From the IMG/VR virus record IMGVR_UViG_3300045988_123230, positions 1 through 13,404 of that record: a DNA stretch of 13,404 bases, one strand, 5' to 3'. The position numbers were made by a program, and so were the translations under genes. The notes under the pieces were generated by a model. The model had not been told where the DNA came from and did not search any database. It saw only the letters and a list, made by a program, of their open reading frames with translations. Below, piece after piece: positions 6,154 through 13,155 of the stretch. This DNA is from a virus. How positions within the stretch are numbered: position 1 is the first letter of the stretch; each line of letters opens with the position of its first letter.

Positions 6154-6294
6154 ATGGCGACAGCAACGCATACCTTTGTGCGGCTGGATTTTGTAGAATC
6201 CAACGGCACAGTGGATAAAGAGGAATTTGAGTTTGCTCAGGATGTAAAGCCTATCGGTGTGACAGTAACAAAAAAGGAGGTAAATGTACCTTGA
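6154..6294 (+). CDS. Hypothetical small protein, 46 aa (MATATHTFVRLDFVESNGTVDKEEFEFAQDVKPIGVTVTKKEVNVP)
   Basis: Read by hand. SD GAGGTGA (6141..6147) lies 6 nt before ATG 6154. The stop TGA (6292..6294) overlaps the TTG start (6291) of the next gene. Confidence 0.45.
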   Translation: MATATHTFVRLDFVESNGTVDKEEFEFAQDVKPIGVTVTKKEVNVP

Positions 6295-6662
6295 AAATTA
6301 ACGATATTATTGCATTGACTAATGCTGGATGGAGCAAAGATGAAATTATCAGAATGGCGGGTATTGAATCGCCATCTGCACCGCCTGCTCCTGCACCTGC
6401 TCCCGCTCCCGCTCCTGCTCCTGCACCTGCTCCCGCTCCCGCTCCTGCTCCTGCACCTGCTCCTGCTCCCGCTCCCGCTCCCGCTCCCGCTCCCGCCCCT
6501 GCTCCCGCCCCTGCTCCTGAACAGGCTCAGGAGAACGAAACGATTAAGCTGCTGAAAGAGTTGACAGGAATGGTGCGAATGGGCAACATTAACAACATCA
6601 ATCAGCCAAACTCTCAGCCCGAAGATGCCGCCGAATTGCTTGCAAAAATCATGAATCCGTGA
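6291..6662 (+). CDS. Candidate scaffolding protein with a (Pro-Ala)22 linker, 123 aa
   Basis: TTG start lies 10 nt after AAAAAGGAGG (6271..6280). Sits immediately upstream of the capsid gene, the position of phi29 gp7. A small N-terminal helical module and a C-terminal helical/acidic tail are joined by PSAP(PA)22P. Confidence 0.55.
   Translation: MKINDIIALTNAGWSKDEIIRMAGIESPSAPPAPAPAPAPAPAPAPAPAPAPAPAPAPAPAPAPAPAPAPAPAPAPEQAQENETIKLLKELTGMVRMGNINNINQPNSQPEDAAELLAKIMNP
6372..6518 (+). repeat. Hexanucleotide (CCNGCN) tandem repeat tract encoding PSAP(PA)22P
   Basis: Includes a perfect 30-bp tandem duplication, CTGCACCTGCTCCCGCTCCCGCTCCTGCTC, at 6391..6420 and 6421..6450, followed by degenerate copies. 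Confidence 0.95.
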
Positions 6663-6672
6663 GGTGATAGTA

Positions 6673-7860
6673 ATGGCTAACAGTTACACGTTTAATCAGA
6701 TTGCTACAATCCTTAATCAGATTGTAGCTGACGCGCAGGGCAGAACCGTTGATATCGCGACAACGCCGCGCGATACCAGCCAGTTTATCACAATGGCGCA
6801 AACCGCGTTGAGCGCGGGAACTGACCCCATCATGCACAGCATTTCTCAGCTGATTAACAAGAGCATTTTTGTCGCGCGCCCGTATAAATCGACGCTCGAT
6901 ATTTTGGAGTGGGATAACGTCACTTGGGGCAATGCTGTTCGCAAACTTACGCCTATTTTTAGTGACAGCGCGGCAGAGAATCCCGAATATGATGACGCTC
7001 CAGCAGACGATGGAAGCGCAGACCAGTGGAAAGTGAAACGTCCCAAAACGTTGCAGACGAATTTTGTCGGCGCGGAGCAGTATTCGGTGCAAGAACCCAC
7101 TGTATTTGAACATCAGCTGAATTCGGCTTTCCGCAGTCCGGACGAGCTGGCACAGTTTCTGAGCATGCAGAGAACTGCTGTTATCAATGATATCGAACAG
7201 CAGAAGGAACAGCTTGCGCGAATGACTGTTTCCAGTTTTATCGCAAGTAAAATTTCGGCAGATTCGGTGAACGTTATCCATCTGTTGAACGAATACAATG
7301 CCGCAACGGGGTTGAAGCTTGACGCGCAAAGCGTTTATCAGCCCACTAATTTTGAAGCGTTTATCCGCTGGACGACTGCCCGAATGCGAGAAATCGGTAT
7401 GATGATGACCGAACGCTCCATCAAATTCCACCAGAATCTAACAGAAACGAACATCATGCGCCATACTCCGCGGGAGTATCAGCGTTGTATCATTTACAGC
7501 AAAGCAATCGGGCAGATTGACGCGATGGTCAGAAACAGTCTGTTTAATGATTGGCTTGCATTGCCGAATCATACGGAAATCAATTTCTGGCAGAATATCA
7601 ATCAGCCTGATGCAATCAACATCAAGCCGCCCGTACTGTCGGCTACTGGAAATGTCGCGGCGGCTTCTGCCGCTGTTAGCAAGTCTAATGTATTTGCCGT
7701 GCTGTATGACCGTGATGCGATGGGCTACAGTGTGTTTAACGAGGGCATGAATCAGACTCCGATGAACGCAAAATCCCGTTATTACAACACGTTCCATCAT
7801 TTTATCAAGCGGTACATGCTTGACATGACGGAGAATGGCGTTGTGTTCCTGCTCGACTAA
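6673..7860 (+). CDS. Major capsid protein (phi29 gp8-like, HK97 fold expected), 395 aa
   Basis: SD GAGGTGA (6661..6667) precedes ATG 6673, preferred over GTG 6664. It is the largest ORF after the scaffold candidate and is followed by a terminator hairpin. C-terminal segments FAVLYDRDAMGY and RYYNTFHHF resemble, from memory, phi29 gp8 AVLVDKDWFMVY and YWNYYYHVW. Confidence 0.7.
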   Translation: MANSYTFNQIATILNQIVADAQGRTVDIATTPRDTSQFITMAQTALSAGTDPIMHSISQLINKSIFVARPYKSTLDILEWDNVTWGNAVRKLTPIFSDSAAENPEYDDAPADDGSADQWKVKRPKTLQTNFVGAEQYSVQEPTVFEHQLNSAFRSPDELAQFLSMQRTAVINDIEQQKEQLARMTVSSFIASKISADSVNVIHLLNEYNAATGLKLDAQSVYQPTNFEAFIRWTTARMREIGMMMTERSIKFHQNLTETNIMRHTPREYQRCIIYSKAIGQIDAMVRNSLFNDWLALPNHTEINFWQNINQPDAINIKPPVLSATGNVAAASAAVSKSNVFAVLYDRDAMGYSVFNEGMNQTPMNAKSRYYNTFHHFIKRYMLDMTENGVVFLLD

Positions 7861-7871
7861 ACATTTTTCAA

Positions 7872-7897
7872 GCAACCGCGAAAACGTGGTTGCTTTA
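7872..7897 (+). terminator. Stem-loop after the capsid gene (partial terminator or mRNA-stabilising hairpin)
   Basis: 9-bp stem GCAACCGCG (7872..7880) / CGTGGTTGC (7885..7893) with one G-U pair and an AAAA loop. It is followed by only TTTA, so the U-tract is short. Confidence 0.5.
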
Positions 7898-7902
7898 TAA
7901 AG

Positions 7903-7918
7903 TGTTTCACGTGAAACA
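7903..7918. promoter_or_regulatory. Second copy of the 16-bp palindrome TGTTTCACGTGAAACA
   Basis: Exact repeat of 5010..5025. It lies between the capsid-gene hairpin and the SD AAGGAG (7919..7924) of the tail-knob gene. No -35/-10 pair is associated with it here. Confidence 0.5.
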
Positions 7919-7930
7919 AGGAGTGATATT

Positions 7931-9313
7931 ATGGCAGTTAACATTAAGTTTTGGCAATTTGCCAAAAAGGAAAACAGCACAAAAAAGCCGGAAACCGACG
8001 GAACGGCGTATTCGTGCCTGCTCAAAGAACCCGTGAATTTGATGAACCCTATTATTACATTACAGCATGATAATCCGGTTGGCTATAATTATGCGTATAT
8101 CAACACTTTCGGGCGTTATTATTTTGTAACGAACTGGACGTATGAGCGTGGATTGTGGTATGCAGAGTTAAGGGTTGATGTGCTAGCAAGTTGGAAAGCA
8201 GAAATCGGTGAATCTACACAATATGTGTTAAGGTCATCTAATACATGGGATAGCTTAATCACGGATAATTTATATCCGATGAACGGCACAATCACCCATC
8301 AGCAAACAACGGCAGAAAATCAATGGAGTTCCGCGCTTAATGCTGGAAGCTATATAGTCGGTATTGTAAACAGCGATGTACACAATCAGGGGGCTATATC
8401 TTATTATTCTTTCACGGATGCACAATTTAAAGTATTGTGCGGTTATTTGCTGGGAGACCCGTCAACATATTTAGCAATTGACGAGATAAGCGATAACTTG
8501 CAGAAAGCACTTTTCAACCCGCTACAATATGTTGTTTCCTGCAAGTGGTTTCCATTTCCTATAACGGGTACAAAAATCACAACGCTGAAATTCGGCTGGT
8601 GGAAATTCTCAAATTGTGAATGCTTTCGTTTGAGTGCAACAAAGAAAGTGTTTGTTTACAATTTTGACATTCCAAGGCATCCACAAGCAGTTATAAGAGG
8701 TGGGTTTTGCAATTTGTCGCCGTACAGCAAATACACGCTTTTCTTTCAGTGCTGGGGGACGATTCCTCTTGACAATTCTTTTCTGTCAACAACGGCTAGT
8801 TTCAGCTGTTCCACCAATGTAGACCTTGTTTCCGGTATTGGCATTCTGCGAATTCTAAGCAACGAGGCAACAGAAATTGCACAATATCCTGCTAATGTTG
8901 GTGTTGATATCCAGCTGGCGCAAATCAACAACAACCCGTTGCAGATTGGAGTTACTGCCGTAAACACAGTGGCGAGCGTTGCGACATCTTTTTTCGGCGG
9001 GTTGATTGGAGTTGCACAGTCAGTGGCTAATGGTATAGCGAGCGTTGCTGATGCAACACGCCCACAACTTCAGGTTTCGGGGGCAAACGGAAGCACAATC
9101 GCGTTTCTTTTTGAGCCGACATTGACGGCTGAATTTTTCAATCTAGCTGAGGAAAACGTTGCAGAACACGGAAAACCGCTATGCAGTAGAGTGAAGCTGA
9201 ATACAATTCCGGGTTACATAATGTGTGAAAATGCACATATATCTATAACATGTACTGTAACTGAGCAGAATGAAATTATAAGATACTTGAACGGGGGATT
9301 CCACTATGAGTAA
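7931..9313 (+). CDS. Tail knob / distal tail tube protein (phi29 gp9-like), 460 aa
   Basis: SD AAGGAG lies 6 nt upstream. The N-terminal pattern YNYAYINTFGRYYFVTNW...LWYAELRVDVLASWK resembles, from memory, phi29 gp9 SYIMFQN..YGNKWFYAFVT...FEIDVLQTWMF. Contains a long Gly/Ala/Val-rich hydrophobic segment (aa 337..376). Confidence 0.55.
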   Translation: MAVNIKFWQFAKKENSTKKPETDGTAYSCLLKEPVNLMNPIITLQHDNPVGYNYAYINTFGRYYFVTNWTYERGLWYAELRVDVLASWKAEIGESTQYVLRSSNTWDSLITDNLYPMNGTITHQQTTAENQWSSALNAGSYIVGIVNSDVHNQGAISYYSFTDAQFKVLCGYLLGDPSTYLAIDEISDNLQKALFNPLQYVVSCKWFPFPITGTKITTLKFGWWKFSNCECFRLSATKKVFVYNFDIPRHPQAVIRGGFCNLSPYSKYTLFFQCWGTIPLDNSFLSTTASFSCSTNVDLVSGIGILRILSNEATEIAQYPANVGVDIQLAQINNNPLQIGVTAVNTVASVATSFFGGLIGVAQSVANGIASVADATRPQLQVSGANGSTIAFLFEPTLTAEFFNLAEENVAEHGKPLCSRVKLNTIPGYIMCENAHISITCTVTEQNEIIRYLNGGFHYE

Positions 9314-9938
9314 CGAGCCACCCGCATATGCGCATGAATACCGTGTAAGCTATGTTGGAATAGGCGGTGCAATTACAGAGCAAGGAGCAATCAATTCCAC
9401 TTGGTTTGCGTGGTGGTTGTCGGGACTTGGTTGGACAAAAAATGCCATATGCGCCGCCTTGGGAAATTGGGAAGTCGAAACACTGCTGAATCCCAACTAT
9501 CCGGAAAAAGCAACATTTCCACAGACGCAGACAGGCGGATTCGGTATGCCACATTGGACGCCATGGTTTAAAAAATTCGGACAGTGGGCGCTTGACAATT
9601 ATGGATTGACAGCAACTGCGACAGATGATAACCCACTAGCCGACTTCAAGCTACAAATGGAGTATCACGAGTATGAGTGTACACACGGTTACGATGGTGG
9701 TGCAACGTGGTACAGCAACGGCGGATATTCGTACAAATGGAGTGCTTGGAAAAAATCGCTTGATGATGTGCAGGAATTGACCAAAGCGTATTATTGGCAA
9801 TATGAGAGATCGGGAGCAGGAAACCCGGGGGACAGACCAGACAGAGCACTAAAATGGTTTGACTATTTTACAGAGCATCCGTACCCAGCGCGATTGGGAA
9901 TTCCAATTTGGATGTTATTTAAATTTGGAAGGAAGTGA
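9306..9938 (+). CDS. Tail-associated lysozyme-like protein (phi29 gp13 N-domain-like), 210 aa
   Basis: The motif AICAALGNWEVETLLNPN....TGGFGMPHWTPW matches the remembered signature of the phage tail lysozyme domain (GN..ES..NP...GG.G..QWT). The start overlaps the upstream stop by 8 nt. Confidence 0.55.
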   Translation: MSNEPPAYAHEYRVSYVGIGGAITEQGAINSTWFAWWLSGLGWTKNAICAALGNWEVETLLNPNYPEKATFPQTQTGGFGMPHWTPWFKKFGQWALDNYGLTATATDDNPLADFKLQMEYHEYECTHGYDGGATWYSNGGYSYKWSAWKKSLDDVQELTKAYYWQYERSGAGNPGDRPDRALKWFDYFTEHPYPARLGIPIWMLFKFGRK

Positions 9939-9942
9939 TATT

Positions 9943-10875
9943 ATGAATCCACCTTTTAGTTATAAGGTGCTTAATTCCGTTGACGGGACTATACACCCAT
10001 CATTCCTGCACATTCACAACACATCTTTAGCAAGGTTCTTCAAAAACTATCTTTTGCAAGATTCGCTTTCAGTTTTTAAATTTACTTTGCCCGATTGGTG
10101 GGATGCCGATTATTTCCGCTATTGTCTTTTGGGTTTCGGCTTTGTGTCGATTTTTAAGACAGATAAATTCGGCGTTATCCCACAGCATTGCTCACTTTCG
10201 GGCTTTAACGTTTTTTATCGTCCCACAACATGCGTTATATCAAACCCGCTTATCGGGGCAGAAACGCTTAAAATTGGGCGGAACTGCGAAATTATTAAAT
10301 TACAGCCGGACTATAAGGGAATCGCAGACATAGTAGACTATTATGGTGACTTGATGGCGTTGACTTGGGAGGGTATCACGACAAACATACTTAACAGTAA
10401 ATTGGCTTTTGTCGGTTACGCGAACGACAAAGCGGAAGCCGAAACCTTTAAGAAACTCTATGATGAGGTTGCAAGCGGCGTTCCCGCGGTCGTAACCCGC
10501 AAAAGAGGTCAAACATTAAACGATTCTTCATCTTTCCAGCTTTTTTCACAAAATCTTGCACAAAACTATGTCGCGCCCGAAATGTTTGAATCACTCAGAA
10601 ATATACAAACTATGTTCCGCGCGGAAATCGGTATTCCGGATTTGAGCGTGCAGAAAAAAGAAAGATTGATTACGGCAGAAGCAACAAAAACCGATATTTA
10701 CACCCGCGCTAAAAGTATGCTTTGGCTTGAAACCATGCGGGAGGGGATTGAAAGAGCGAAAGCAAGATATCCGGAAATCAGCATGCTGAAAGTTGAATTC
10801 CGTTTTCCGCTGGAAGGTGGTGAAGATGATGCAAGCGAAACTCTCGATTCTGGGAATGAGCCTATGGGATTCTAA
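9943..10875 (+). CDS. Portal / upper collar connector protein (phi29 gp10-like), 310 aa
   Basis: SD GGAAGGAAG precedes ATG 9943, the internal Met29 of track ORF 9859, which avoids an 80-nt overlap. Size is 310 aa against 309 aa for phi29 gp10. The C-terminal QKKERLITAEATKTD and KVEFRF resemble remembered gp10 segments (KKERMVTDE, KVKFRY). Confidence 0.7.
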   Translation: MNPPFSYKVLNSVDGTIHPSFLHIHNTSLARFFKNYLLQDSLSVFKFTLPDWWDADYFRYCLLGFGFVSIFKTDKFGVIPQHCSLSGFNVFYRPTTCVISNPLIGAETLKIGRNCEIIKLQPDYKGIADIVDYYGDLMALTWEGITTNILNSKLAFVGYANDKAEAETFKKLYDEVASGVPAVVTRKRGQTLNDSSSFQLFSQNLAQNYVAPEMFESLRNIQTMFRAEIGIPDLSVQKKERLITAEATKTDIYTRAKSMLWLETMREGIERAKARYPEISMLKVEFRFPLEGGEDDASETLDSGNEPMGF

Positions 10876-11425
10876 AATTTTGGATGATTTTAGTTTACCT
10901 GATAGCGTTGACCCTGAAACATTGAAAACGTTGATTTTTTCAGAAACCGCCGAATTGGAAGTATTGTATTCTGAACCTTCAACTTTTAAGACAATCCTTA
11001 AAATTTGGTCAAAATCGCGTCTATCCGACTGGAAAAGAATTGAACTTGCACTGAACGCTGAATACAACCCGATTGAGAACTACGACCGGACAGAAACGCA
11101 CAACGACGTTTACACACGGAATCTAACTGAAAGTGGAGAAAGCACGTCCGAAAGCACCAGCGCAGATACCGCAAAAAAAGCCGCTTTTAACGCAGATACC
11201 CTTGTTAATACTGACAGTACCAGCGGCAACGCAACCGGAAAAGACAATCACAGCACGGCATACAGTGGGGGAGATAGTCGTCAAATCACAATCAATGCAC
11301 ATGGCAACATCGGTGTAACCACTAACCAGCAGATGATTGCGGCAGAATTGGAAATCAGACGAAAAAACCTATATGATATTATCCTTAATGAGTTTATTGA
11401 TAAGTTTTGTTTGGGGGTGTATTAA
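10826..11425 (+). CDS. Candidate lower collar / head-tail adaptor protein, 199 aa
   Basis: SD GGAAGGTGGTGA precedes ATG 10826, the internal Met12 of track ORF 10793. Its position directly after the portal gene matches phi29 gene 11. Contains the motif NAEYNPIENYDRTE and a Ser/Thr-rich centre. Function rests on synteny only. Confidence 0.35.
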   Translation: MMQAKLSILGMSLWDSKILDDFSLPDSVDPETLKTLIFSETAELEVLYSEPSTFKTILKIWSKSRLSDWKRIELALNAEYNPIENYDRTETHNDVYTRNLTESGESTSESTSADTAKKAAFNADTLVNTDSTSGNATGKDNHSTAYSGGDSRQITINAHGNIGVTTNQQMIAAELEIRRKNLYDIILNEFIDKFCLGVY

Positions 11426-12622
11426 ATGCTTGAACAATACCCGTATACTGATTTGCATAATCTTAATCTTGATTGGATTATTGCAACAGTCAAAAATGTA
11501 GCTGATACAATGAAATTGACGGCTGATACAATGAAATTGACGGCTGAACAGATTTCGGCATTGGAAACAAGCGTCAAAAAACTTGAAAGTATCGTTGACT
11601 ACGACGCGTCGCTGATTGCTCAAATTTTGGATGAACTTAACAAAAATGGTATCCATATCGAGACGCAACCCGCGTATATCACCGTTGGCAAACGTGGCTG
11701 TATGTATACCACAATCAACGACGCGGTCAATGCCGCGAAAGCATATTGCACAACTACACGCCGTGTTGCAATCCAAATTTATCCTGGGACATACACTGAG
11801 TCAATCAACCTTGCACCAAATCCGGGCATTGATTTGATGGGCATTGGTGATGTAACAATCATCAAGCCTACTGATACGGCATATCCTAATATGTGTCTGT
11901 TTACTGCTGGGCAGGGCAAATTTACGGGATTGACGTTCAAAAATAACGACGCGAATGCACCGTATTGTGTACACTATGATGTGCAGACGCTGGAAGACCA
12001 GTGCCGGAATACGACTTGTGAATTTATCAACTGCACTTTTTACAACACGGCTACTGGCGCAGGCGTAGGTTGTGGCGGTGGATGTGTGGACAGTCTTAGA
12101 TTTATCAATTGCACGTTCCGCACTATTTACGGCACAAGCGCATATTTCCACAATCATCCTGTAAACGCCGAGCAATTTGAGCTGACGCTGAAAAACTGCT
12201 ATTTTGAGAGTGTATCAAATACCGCCTTGACAATTGATTGCTACAGCAAAGGTTATTTTGTGCTGTCGGCTACTGGTAACGGATATTATCCAGCGCAAAA
12301 AACGCTTATACTCAACACGCTAGCCGCATTCGGCGCAACGCCTGTTGTAACCAGCTATATCCCCACTGACAGCTATATTGTGCCGCGCGGATGCGGCGGA
12401 AACAGCAGTCGGTGCCTTGACAGCAAACCAATGTATTTAGCTATCAAGGGCGACATGACGGGCGGTGAGTACACATATCCGGTTGACAACGTCAAACAAG
12501 ATATGACGGCTGTTATTCTTGAATCGGGGTACACGGCAACTTTCAGCCAAACAACCATGACGCTTAAAAATTCAAGCATCACAGGTGCTTTCACAACTGC
12601 AATGCAAATTGGATTCATTTAA
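11426..12622 (+). CDS. Tail appendage / tailspike with a right-handed beta-helix (receptor-binding, possible depolymerase), 398 aa
   Basis: The N-terminal anchor motif YPYTDLHNLNLDWII is followed by a heptad coiled coil. Repeating rungs (FINCTFYNT, FINCTFRTI, LKNCYFESV, GLTFKNN) are typical of pectate-lyase-like parallel beta-helices. It is the last late gene, the phi29 gp12 position. Confidence 0.6.
   Translation: MLEQYPYTDLHNLNLDWIIATVKNVADTMKLTADTMKLTAEQISALETSVKKLESIVDYDASLIAQILDELNKNGIHIETQPAYITVGKRGCMYTTINDAVNAAKAYCTTTRRVAIQIYPGTYTESINLAPNPGIDLMGIGDVTIIKPTDTAYPNMCLFTAGQGKFTGLTFKNNDANAPYCVHYDVQTLEDQCRNTTCEFINCTFYNTATGAGVGCGGGCVDSLRFINCTFRTIYGTSAYFHNHPVNAEQFELTLKNCYFESVSNTALTIDCYSKGYFVLSATGNGYYPAQKTLILNTLAAFGATPVVTSYIPTDSYIVPRGCGGNSSRCLDSKPMYLAIKGDMTGGEYTYPVDNVKQDMTAVILESGYTATFSQTTMTLKNSSITGAFTTAMQIGFI
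11501..11542 (+). repeat. Perfect 21-bp tandem duplication (GCTGATACAATGAAATTGACG x2) encoding ADTMKLT-ADTMKLT
   Basis: Copies at 11501..11521 and 11522..11542 are identical. The next 5 nt (GCTGA) begin a third copy. Confidence 0.95.
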
Positions 12623-12655
12623 AAAAAGGTGGGCAATGCCCACCTATTTTATTTC
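12621..12655. terminator. Bidirectional rho-independent terminator between the convergent late and right-early operons
   Basis: An A7 run (12621..12627) precedes the stem GGTGGGC (12628..12634) / GCCCACC (12638..12644) with loop AAT, followed by TATTTTATTT. It sits between the stop at 12622 (+) and the stop at 12649 (-). Confidence 0.8.
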
Positions 12656-12921
12656 CAGTTACTAATAATTTCACCATCAATAACCACTTCGCGATAATTA
12701 TTAGGTGCATCTTCTTCATCCGCGAAATCGCCTTCACAATTAACCCAGTCCCGCATATAATCAATGCAGTATTGGGCATCCTCAACAAACAACTCATCTT
12801 CTGGGACCTCGAACCAATCATTGATAATGTCTTCACCTCTATCAAATCCTGTAAACTTATCGTATTGCGGCGTGTACATATGCACATCAACCTTTTTCCC
12901 GTTACCGTCTCTAATAATCAT
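12649..12921 (-). CDS. Highly acidic small early protein, 90 aa (hand count 24 D/E, about 8 K/R)
   Basis: SD AAGGAG (complement of 12930..12935) lies 8 nt before ATG 12921, the internal Met9 of track ORF 12649..12945. It is the second gene of the right-end operon. No family recognised. Confidence 0.65.
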   Translation of the reverse strand: MIIRDGNGKKVDVHMYTPQYDKFTGFDRGEDIINDWFEVPEDELFVEDAQYCIDYMRDWVNCEGDFADEEDAPNNYREVVIDGEIISNWK

Positions 12922-12938
12922 GATTATTCTCCTTTCTC

Positions 12939-13106
12939 TCAGCAACCGGCGGCGATAACGTGCTCACAGCTATCGCCGGAATACAAGCAGGCACTCTCAT
13001 CCTGACCCAAATTGAGCAGGACGAGGTTAAACATCTCAAGAGCAAATTCAGCGTCCACCTCAACCAATCTTACGCAGACGCCCGCAGAAAAAATCTTAAT
13101 AATCAT
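12939..13106 (-). CDS. Hypothetical early protein, 55 aa (MIIKIFSAGVCVRLVEVDAEFALEMFNLVLLNLGQDESACLYSGDSCEHVIAAGC)
   Basis: Below the ORF-track cutoff; read by hand. SD AAGGAGG lies 9 nt before ATG 13106. It is the first ORF downstream of the ITR-R promoter, and its stop is 17 nt before the next start. Confidence 0.5.
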   Translation of the reverse strand: MIIKIFSAGVCVRLVEVDAEFALEMFNLVLLNLGQDESACLYSGDSCEHVIAAGC

Positions 13107-13155
13107 TTTTCTTTTCCTCCTTAAATACCGTAGTTGCTATACAACTCTCCGTTAA

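Noticed and set aside
6322-6555. Alternative-frame + strand ORF (LLLHLLPLPLLL...) through the PA repeat
   Set aside because: It is simply the CCNGCN repeat read in another frame. It has no start context, and the in-frame PA reading continues into well-formed flanking domains.
6649-8025. Long - strand ORFs (6649..7431, 260 aa; 7438..8025, 195 aa) and several shorter ones opposite the capsid gene
   Set aside because: They are antisense to the best-supported structural gene. This GC-rich region naturally lacks stop codons in the antisense frames. They have no SD or promoter, and their sequences are Arg/Ser/Cys-rich and nonsense-like.
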